From an uncultured bacterium (GTDB taxonomy: Bacteria > Oederibacteriota > PGYV01 > CAWJRG01): a DNA stretch of 16,900 nucleotides. This document shows positions 6,667 through 14,144 of the stretch, in pieces (position 1 is the first letter of the stretch; each line of letters opens with the position of its first letter). The translations under genes and the position numbers were made by a program. The stretch lies in assembly GCA_963845185.1 (NCBI GenBank), contig CAWJRG010000003.1, forward strand, positions 1-16,900, in the 5' to 3' direction. A model generated the notes under the pieces. The model had not been told where the DNA came from. It was given only the letters and a program-made list of their open reading frames with translations, and did no database searches.

Positions 6667-7749
6667 TTAAACTAACGCGGCATTCAGCTCCATCATAAGT
6701 TCATCTATAAGTTCCTTTACGCTCACAATCTCGTTTATCCTGAACGCGTTCGCCCCGCAGAATGCAAACCCGTTGTCAAACAGTCCCCTCTGCGCGTTAA
6801 TAAGCGCCAGCGCAATGCAATACGGTGTGTTCTCAAAGTCACAGGTCCTGATGCAGTGGTACGGGCACTTGACCGGTATCCTCATGCCGCTTTCCACCTG
6901 CTCAAGGAATTTATTCCTGATGGCCCTGCCGGGCATCCCAACCGGCGATTTTATTATGACTATGTCCTCTTCTTTTGCGTCAATGTATTTCTGCTTAAAC
7001 TTTTCGTCGGCGTCGCACTCGTGCGTCGCCACAAAACGCGTGCCCATCTGTACCCCGGCAGCGCCGAGCGCCATTATTTTTGCTATGTCCGCGCCCGTGT
7101 AAATGCCGCCGGCGGCTATCACAGGTATCTTACGGCCGTATTTTTCCTCAAACGGTTTCACCGCTTCGATAACGTCGGTCACCAGCTTTTCAAGCGGGTA
7201 CTCATCTATACGGTCCAATTCATCGTACGAAAATCCGAGGTGACCTCCTGCCTTTGGCCCCTCTACCACAATCGCGTCAGGTGTACAGTTGTATTTTTTA
7301 TCCCAGACTTTCATGATGACAGACGCACACCTGCCCGATGAGACTATCGGCACGAGTTTTACGTCTGATTTTTTTTCCATTTTCAGCTTGGGCAGGTGCA
7401 AAGGAAGCCCTGCGCCCGATATAATAATATCAATCTCCTCATCTATGGAAGCATCGACAAGGTCGTCATAGTTGCTTGCCGCCACCATTATGTTTACCGC
7501 AAGTATTCCTTTTGTCATTTCCCTGGCTTTCCTGATTTCCTTGCGTATGCCGTGCTTGCTCGCCTCCAGGTAGTTTGTGTTAGCGTCAAGTTCCTTTAAA
7601 AAAATGCCTATCGAAGCGATGGTACCGATACCGCCATGGTTTGCCACTGCCGCGGCAAGTCCTGCAAGCGATATGCCTACTCCCATCCCGCCCTGAATGA
7701 TCGGAATTTTGGAAATTAAGTTTCCTATCGTAAGTCCTTTAATATCCAC
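6667..7749 (-). CDS. Nitronate monooxygenase-family flavoprotein, FabX/UfaA-like with a Cys cluster
   Basis: PIIQGGMGVGIS, SGAGLP, VVEGPKAGGHLG, IAAGGI, GVQMGTRF, SPVGMPGRA and CPYHCIRTC...YCI. Likely start is GTG at 7749 (RBS AAGGAG), not 7839. Confidence 0.88.
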   Translation of the reverse strand: MDIKGLTIGNLISKIPIIQGGMGVGISLAGLAAAVANHGGIGTIASIGIFLKELDANTNYLEASKHGIRKEIRKAREMTKGILAVNIMVAASNYDDLVDASIDEEIDIIISGAGLPLHLPKLKMEKKSDVKLVPIVSSGRCASVIMKVWDKKYNCTPDAIVVEGPKAGGHLGFSYDELDRIDEYPLEKLVTDVIEAVKPFEEKYGRKIPVIAAGGIYTGADIAKIMALGAAGVQMGTRFVATHECDADEKFKQKYIDAKEEDIVIIKSPVGMPGRAIRNKFLEQVESGMRIPVKCPYHCIRTCDFENTPYCIALALINAQRGLFDNGFAFCGANAFRINEIVSVKELIDELMMELNAALV

Positions 7750-7781
7750 CGAAAATCTCCTTTTGCACCTATTTTTTATCT

Positions 7782-7980
7782 GGGGTAGACACAGAATTCG
7801 CACATAATTGTACGTTAAGGATCCATAAATCAATATCATAAATTACGGGAATAGCCGCCATCTCAAAAATTTATTGCCCACCGTATTTATTACTATTTTG
7901 TAACCCTATATATTACAATAAGTTTTTTTAGTAGTTTATACGCTTAGTGTACTGTTTTTTCCAAATCGTGAGCTGACTCC
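7782..7980. mobile_element. 199-bp Tn3-derived miniature inverted-repeat element
   Basis: Left IR 7782-7819 GGGGTAGACACAGAATTCGCACATAATTGTACGTTAAG; right IR 7943-7980, reverse complement GGAGTCAGCTCACGATTTGGAAAAAACAGTACACTAAG. Both are 38 bp ending TAAG; no ORF inside; no perfect 5-bp target duplication. Confidence 0.75.
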
Positions 7981-8010
7981 TATAAACATGCATGGCGTGA
8001 ATATATAAAA

Positions 8011-8205
8011 TCAAACTTTCTTATCTTCCCCACTATAGATTAAAGCATTATCTATCCATTTTTCCAGTATTTCTTTTTTAAAACGCCATACTTTTGAAAT
8101 CTTAATCCCAGGCAGTTTCCTTTCATGAACAAGTTTATATATAGTGACGGGTTTAACTTTTAAAAAATCAGCCACATCCTTAATTGTCATTAATTCTTCC
8201 TGCAT
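8011..8205 (-). CDS. Excisionase-like (HTH_17/MerR-type) DNA-binding protein
   Basis: LMTIKDVADFLKVKPVTIYKLVHERKLPGIKISKVWRFKKEILEKWI. Confidence 0.88.
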   Translation of the reverse strand: MQEELMTIKDVADFLKVKPVTIYKLVHERKLPGIKISKVWRFKKEILEKWIDNALIYSGEDKKV

Positions 8206-8225
8206 TTATCCCTCAATATATTTTA

Positions 8226-8606
8226 TTAGTTGCGACTTGGACTTTTGTGTGTTTCGTTTATAAATTGTTCCAGGAATTTTTGATCTTCTTCTCTTAGAGT
8301 AACAAAACTCAATCCAATTTCATATAACCCAACCGAACTTTCAAAATTGCACCATCTAACCTCGCAAAAAGCTTTAATTATCCCGTTATTCGAATCTGTT
8401 AAATTTATTTCAACGCGCAATATAGTCCCCTCTTCTGCTTTTTGGGGCATCAAAAGACATACACCGCCTTTGGATATGTTTTTTATTTTCCCTTTCTCAT
8501 AACTAGAATTAATTTTATCCAAATCGTTGCTGAGCATTTTATACTTGGTTTCTCTCACAATATTAATGCGCTCGGTTAAGCGTTTTTCTATAAAGTCTGT
8601 TTGCAT
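8226..8606 (-). CDS. Stand-alone PilZ-domain protein (c-di-GMP receptor)
   Basis: RxxxR (KRLTER) and NxSxxG (NISKGG) motifs, plus CEVRW and IGLSF; start at ATG 8606 with RBS GGAGG. Confidence 0.88.
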   Translation of the reverse strand: MQTDFIEKRLTERINIVRETKYKMLSNDLDKINSSYEKGKIKNISKGGVCLLMPQKAEEGTILRVEINLTDSNNGIIKAFCEVRWCNFESSVGLYEIGLSFVTLREEDQKFLEQFINETHKSPSRN

Positions 8607-8640
8607 AATAAATCGCCTCCACAAATGATTTTCAGTGATA

Positions 8641-8657
8641 AACAAGGATTGTGCCAA
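8641..8657 (-). promoter_or_regulatory. Possible sigma54 promoter for the PilZ-HTH pair
   Basis: TTGGCACAATCCTTGTT fits TGGCAC-N5-TTGC except for GT at -12. Confidence 0.35.
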
Positions 8658-9024
8658 ACTTAAATATATATAAACTGGTATCCGTCATATCAAAACCAAC
8701 TAACCTATTTTCATTATTAATTATCCCCCCAATGATGTTTAAGTCAAGAACAATAGTTTTAAAGGAAAGTTGCAATTTAATTAAAATAAGATATACTTAT
8801 TATTGGCCGGGGATGCAGTGCCCTTATGTTTCACCAAATGTGTGGTTGATACCCCCCAATTCCCCTCCAAACTCTTAACCACGCAGTCTCCGGGCATTTA
8901 TTTTTTTACATGCCTATTGCAGATTAGTTTAACGGAATTTTAGCGTGAGCCAAGGGAATGAGGGATAAAGAGATGGGTTAAAAGCAGTTCTCTTTAAAAA
9001 GGCATTAAAAAATTAAAGCCGATT

Positions 9025-9279
9025 TCATTTACCTTGAATTTTCTTAATTTCATCATATGCTTGTTTAAGTCCCAATTTTCCAGCTTTATTTAAATCTTTA
9101 AGCGCGCCTTGCTTGTCGCCTAAGATATTTTTGGCAAGCCCTCGGTTGTAATAAGCTTCCGCATCCTTCGATTTAAGTTTTATTGCTTCGTCAAAATCTT
9201 TAACCGCAGCCTTGAAGTGGCCTATCATGGCGTTATGCTCACCAGCATCTAGATATTGCATAACCTTATTTGATGGCAT
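9025..9279 (-). CDS. Small TPR-repeat protein
   Basis: AVKDFDEAIKLKSKDAEAYYNRGLAKNILGDKQGALKDLNKA; RBS AGGAG. Confidence 0.85.
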   Translation of the reverse strand: MPSNKVMQYLDAGEHNAMIGHFKAAVKDFDEAIKLKSKDAEAYYNRGLAKNILGDKQGALKDLNKAGKLGLKQAYDEIKKIQGK

Positions 9280-9339
9280 GAATTCTCCTAATTAAATTTT
9301 AAAATATGTTAGAACAGGAAAGGAGAAAAAGCAAGAAGT

Positions 9340-9522
9340 TTTCAATATAACGTATATTATTTATGATGTTGCCGGTGTCCGCTTTCCTGGTATTCTAATT
9401 TTCAGGGGTATAAAAATATCTGTCAGAGGGGTATGGGCAAAGTACGTATATAGTATTTTATACGAAATATGGTTTTAAGTGGAATTTACGTACAATGTAT
9501 ATTATACGAATGTTTGGTTTTA
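9340..9522. repeat. Right array of dif/lox/res-like palindromic sites
   Basis: AGTACGTATAT-AGTATT-TTATACGAAAT (9441-9468), TTTACGTACAA-TGTATA-TTATACGAATG (9485-9512) and a weaker TTTCAATATAA-CGTATA-TTATTTATGAT (9340-9367). 9496-9522 matches 1800-1826 at 25/27. Confidence 0.65.
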
Positions 9523-9586
9523 ATTATATTAAATAGTTTAAGCTTAAATCTTTAGGAGTAATTTTTTAGGTCTTAAAAACCTTGCA

Positions 9587-10603
9587 TTAAAATTTACCTA
9601 CTACAGACAAATACTGCAGAGGAGTTAATTCACTATTGACCCATGCGTAATCCAATCCGATAAAGTACCATCTTATACTCGCTCCAAGCGTCCAGCTGGG
9701 TTGCTGCTGCAGCCCCTGCGATATTTCACTGTAATTCTCAATTCCGCCTCTTATTCCTATCATCTTGTTCCACCAGTACTCGGCTCCAACGTGGACTAGA
9801 GTCTGGTATTCTGTATCAATGTCAGCTGCAACTATAAACTCGCTTTTCATTTGTTTTAAAAAATCCAGAGGTATATTATAAGCAAGCCCTGACTTTACGT
9901 TTATAGCAACCTGTTCAGGCCCGCCTTGAAAGCTGCCTACCGCAGCCCAATTCTCCACAGTATATATGTCCTGGAAGTTTACGCCGAGCGACAATCCTTT
10001 TAACGCGCTGGAAAGCGTGGCCATATTCAGGTAAAGCCCGGCGTCCAAGCCGCCGCCGCTGTAATTTATTGTTGCCAGGCTGGATGCTCCTGTAGAACCA
10101 TTTATTACCGTCGCCGGGTAATTCCCAAGCAGTATCTTCCCTGATAACCCGATTGAAAAACCCTCAATAAGATTTCTTGCGTATGAAAGATAAATAGTGT
10201 TATCAGCGTTTTCCTCATTGCCTAAAAGAGTTCCAGCCGCATCTGTTATTTGTATGTTTCCGATTCCCTGGTTTAACCATGCAACGCCAAATGCGCCGAT
10301 ATCATTGCTTACGTTATAAACAAGGTTGACGTAAGTATACTTGGTGTCAATCTGGTTGTTGAAGCTCTGCGTCAATTTTACGTCAGATACTTCCACCCCA
10401 TTGACGTTCACAAGTCCTGCCGGATTCCAGTATGATGTGGAAGCATCATCTGCCACAGCCACAAACGCGCCTCCCATTCCAAGTGCTCTCGCGCCAACTC
10501 CGATTGCCATTGATTCGCCCGCATATTCATCTGCCGAATATAAACTAATTGCAAAAAACATAAACGCAACAGCTAATAAACCTGTTTTAATCATTAACTT
10601 CAT
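9587..10603 (-). CDS. PorV/PorQ (UPF0164)-like outer-membrane beta-barrel protein
   Basis: Signal peptide, GVGARALGMGGAFVAVADDASTSYWNPAGL motif, amphipathic beta-strands, C-terminal Phe; RBS AGGAGG. Confidence 0.85.
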   Translation of the reverse strand: MKLMIKTGLLAVAFMFFAISLYSADEYAGESMAIGVGARALGMGGAFVAVADDASTSYWNPAGLVNVNGVEVSDVKLTQSFNNQIDTKYTYVNLVYNVSNDIGAFGVAWLNQGIGNIQITDAAGTLLGNEENADNTIYLSYARNLIEGFSIGLSGKILLGNYPATVINGSTGASSLATINYSGGGLDAGLYLNMATLSSALKGLSLGVNFQDIYTVENWAAVGSFQGGPEQVAINVKSGLAYNIPLDFLKQMKSEFIVAADIDTEYQTLVHVGAEYWWNKMIGIRGGIENYSEISQGLQQQPSWTLGASIRWYFIGLDYAWVNSELTPLQYLSVVGKF

Positions 10604-10685
10604 AATCTTATTGCCTCCTTCCTGTAATTTAAAAAGGGAGCCATAAAAAGGTCGCCAACTGCAGGATCCTTAAGCCTTATTTTAA

Positions 10686-10753
10686 AAAGTGTACCACGGC
10701 GCGGATAGGGATGGGAAACATCACTTTTCCTTATAATTTCCGTGGCACACTTT
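10686..10753 (-). terminator. Long intergenic stem-loop (terminator or mRNA-stabilising element)
   Basis: Minus-strand AAAGTGTGCCACGG...CCGTGGTACACTTT forms a 14-bp stem whose only non-Watson-Crick pair is G-U, ending in a U run. Confidence 0.55.
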
Positions 10754-10768
10754 CGTATTTCCTTTTTC

Positions 10769-13700
10769 TTACTTCAGTATCAAGATTTTAGTTGTCGCAG
10801 AACTGGTCTGGCCATGCGATTTCACAATAATAACTGCGATGTAAGCTCCGCTGGCCAAATTCGCTCCTCTTATGTCTTTCTCGTTCCAATATAATAAGTG
10901 GCTCCCTGACGATCCTATGGAAGCTCCTTCAAAGGTCTTGGTCCATATCAAACGGCCCGCTGTTGTATATACCTTCATGGTGATTTGTGCGTCCGGATCC
11001 ACCAAATTGGAACCATTTGATACTGACTTGGCACTAACACTGGATGCTGTAGTTCCGCTTCCTGATACGCTAACCGACACATTGACTCCGTTGCCGGTTG
11101 AAGGATTCGGATAAGCAAGCGCGCTGGCTGTCGTCAATGCCGCAGAAGAAGCAGATGGCTCCTGCCCCCATACAAGCGACCCGTTCAAATATCCTGTTAT
11201 TTGCGTCCACTTTGTGAAACTCGTATAAGCAACATAGCTCCAGTCATTGCTCTGTATCATGTTGCTCCAGTCGCTCAAATTGAACCTGCTCTGGATCTCT
11301 ATTGCCTGCCCGGGCTGCAGCACAAGGCCTCCAGTAAATCTGTAGCTTATATAATCGGTCTGTCCTCCAAGAGTGGTTGGGACAACCGAGGTTTGCACAT
11401 CCCCGGTAACCGAGCTTCCTGATGTCAGTAACCCTGCCCAATCAACCCATGCCTGCACTGACTGGCCGGTGCAGTCGCAGTTGAACCAGTAACGCACTTC
11501 TGCGTTATTTAAATTCAAGGCACTGGTTCCCGTATTTACAACCTCAATCTGCGGATGCGGGCTGTTCGTAGAGTTTGTTGTCACTCCCGACAGTAAATAC
11601 AGGGTCAATGCGCCTGATGCCGGCGGAACTGTAGTAGGCGTAAAGGTTGGGACTGTTGTGTTTGTCGGCACTGGCGTCGTAGGTGTAGCTGACGGCGTTA
11701 TCGGTGTATATGTTGGAACTGGTGTCGTAGGTGTTGCCGACGGTGTTATCGGTGTATATGTAGGAACTGGTGTCGTAGATGTTGCCGATGGTGTTATCGG
11801 CGTATTTGTCGGCATCGGCGTTGTTGGCGTCGCTGACGGCGTTATCGGCGTATTTGTTGGCACCGGTGTTGTAGGTGTTGCTGACGGCGTTATTGGTGTG
11901 CTTGTCGCCGCGGCCTGCACCGAAACCGTGAAAACTTCCGTGGACTTTAGCCCACAGGCATTCGTGTACGTAGCCGTGAAGGTGTTTGTGCCCACGCTCA
12001 AGGCGATATTGTCAATTTCCCGTGTGGTGGAAGTGAAGCCGTTAGGGCCGCTCCAACTCCAGGAGCCGCCGGTTAATGGCTGCGGACCCAGGTTCACTGT
12101 AGAGGCTGTCGAGGTTACCGAAGCACTATTGGTCTGCTGCCATGCCCCACCGTTCACTTGAATATATGGGGTGATGGCGGTGGAAACGCAGGAAGTGGAG
12201 GTCGGCACAGGCGTTGTAGGCGTTGGTGATGGTGTTATTGGCGTGCTCGTCGGAACCGGCGTTGTCGGTGTTGCTGACGGCGTTATTGGCGTATTTGTCT
12301 TTGTGAATGTATATGTGGGCGTATTTGTCGCTGCGGCCTGCACCGAAACCGTGAAAACTTCCGTGGACTTTAGCCCACAGGCATTCGTGTACGTAGCCGT
12401 GAAAGTGTCGGTGCCCACGCTCAAGGGAATATTGTCAATTTCCCGCGAGGTTGAGGTGAATCCGTTAGGGCCAGTCCAGCTCCAGGAGCCGCCTGTTAAT
12501 GGCTGCGGGCCAAGGTTAACTGTGGAAGAAGTAGAAGTTACCGAAGCACTGTTGGTCTGCTGCCATGCCCCGCCATTCACCTGGATATATGGCGTAATGG
12601 GTGTCGTAGCGCATGGAGTGGCTGTGCTTGTCGGAGTAAAGGTAGATGTCGGCACCGGAGTTGTTCCGTTTGTCTGGGTGAAACTGTATGATTCAAAATT
12701 AAAAAGCGTGCCTGATCCCCCGGTAAATACAAAAAATATGTCATGAACTCCTGACGCGCCGGTTATTGCGCATGATACATTTGTCCATGTCTGTGTCCCG
12801 CCTGTATTTGGCACTGCGCACGTGCCGATAAGCGTGCCTGTCGTGCTGTCCAGGTGTATTTGTATACTTCCTCCGCTGACCGTCCCGCGACGCGGGCGCT
12901 AAAAGCCGGAAGCCCCGGTCCCAAAATCAAGGTTCCTTACCTGTGTCCAGTAACCGTTTTGAATATTCGTAACATTCATTCCGCCTTCGGAGCATACTTT
13001 GTCTGTATTCCAGACTCCTTGGCCATCGTTACGGCTTTTACTGTAGTATAAGGGTTAAAATTCTTGAGTGCGGCCACGCCTCCGTTGTCGGCGTCACGAC
13101 CGCAATCGTACCGTCCGAGTTAAAGTAAAGCTTGTCAAGACAAACGCTTCTCTGGTATATGCCGTTGCAGTTACCAAGTTTTAAGTTTGACAGCGATCTG
13201 TCATGATAAGCTATGTAGTAGTTGGAACCTATATTTACTATCGAAGCGTGATTGTTGTTACCGCAGTTATTCGGTGGGTTATAGAGGATCGTCCCCCGGT
13301 GCGTAAAGCCGGTCATGGGGTTGCTGCTGGTCATGTAATCGATACTGGCATCTGGTGATGCTGAAAAATCCGTCGAGTAGGAAAAATAATAGGTGCCGTT
13401 GTATTTGTTCATGAAAGGGGCCTCAAAATACCGGGGTGCGTCGATCGTGACGGCAGACCCGTTCACGCTTATCATGTCCGAGTTTAATTTTATAACCCTG
13501 GCATTACCGGGCCCGCCGCCGCCGAAATAGCAATAAGCCTGGCCGTCGTCGTCAATAAAGGCCGCCGGGTCAAAAATATACGTCATGCCGCTGCAGCCCG
13601 GCGTGCTGGAGGTGATAAGCGCGTGGCCAAGCGGGTCGGTATAAGGGCCTGTCGGGCTCGTGCTCCTCAATACTCCTACGCTGCCCCCGCCATTGCCGAA

Positions 13701-14041
13701 ATACACATAATAATATCCGTTCCTGTATACGCAGTCCGGAGCATATGTCAGGCCCGCCCACGATGTGTCCGACGCCTTGATCGGATTACGCCCTCGTCGG
13801 TCCAGTTCACAAGGTCGTCGGATGAAATAAGCGTAACATCAGTTATATTATAACCTGTTGCGCCGGTTTGATCATGTGAACAGTATATATACATCCTGTT
13901 GTTAAACCAGCACGCAGTCGGGTCAGCGGTGTATTTTTGATAAATCAGCGGGTTATAGGCAAAAATTGCCGCGCTAAAAAAAATAAGCGGCAGTATGGCG
14001 AAAAAACACTCTAAAATAATCTTTTTTATTTTTTCTGGCAT
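10769..14041 (-). CDS. Secreted GH43 arabinofuranosidase/xylosidase-like enzyme: GH43-CBM6-two X modules-Pro/Thr linker-CBM3-C-terminal secretion-like domain (frameshifted in this sequence)
   Basis: Joins ORFs 13748..14128, 13038..13706 and 10769..12814: signal peptide, NPLIYQKYTADP, IFDPAAFIDDDG, RYFEAP, NNNHASI, YQRSVCLDKL; CBM6 (NLDFGTG..., VPNTGGTQTW, HDIFFVF); CBM3 (EVRYWF, QSNDWSY, LVWGQEP); CTD AYPNP...KILILK. Start at ATG 14041 chosen from RBS spacing. Frameshifts near 13770, 13080 and 12880-13000. Confidence 0.85.
11650..11905 (-). repeat. Tandem 48-bp repeats encoding a TPITPSATPTTPVPT(N/Y) linker
   Basis: About five 16-aa units in the translation; similar units at ~12195-12330 and ~15020-15410. 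Confidence 0.85.
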
Positions 14042-14092
14042 TTTCATACCTCCCTCACCGTACATATAAAATCCAATTTGTTTAAAAATTTC

Positions 14093-14121
14093 AGCCCCCC
14101 GGTATAGCCGGGGGGCTTTTT
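14093..14121. terminator. GC-rich hairpin between the two large CAZyme genes
   Basis: AGCCCCCCGG-TATAG-CCGGGGGGCT, a perfect 10-bp stem; the T tail is on the plus strand and is weaker on the coding strand. Confidence 0.65.
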
Positions 14122-14144
14122 CATTCAAATCTTAAAATCCAAAT

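Noticed and set aside
7750..7839. 30-aa N-terminal extension of the flavoprotein ORF
   Set aside because: It overlaps a Tn3-type IR; the GTG at 7749 has the RBS and matches where the family motifs begin.
9370..9395. Possible seventh Tn3 IR remnant (TGTCCGCTTTCCTG)
   Set aside because: Short match without the terminal CCCC or inner CTTA.
11658..12746. Val/Gly-rich plus-strand repeat ORFs (also 14998..16057)
   Set aside because: Antisense reading of the Pro/Thr linkers.
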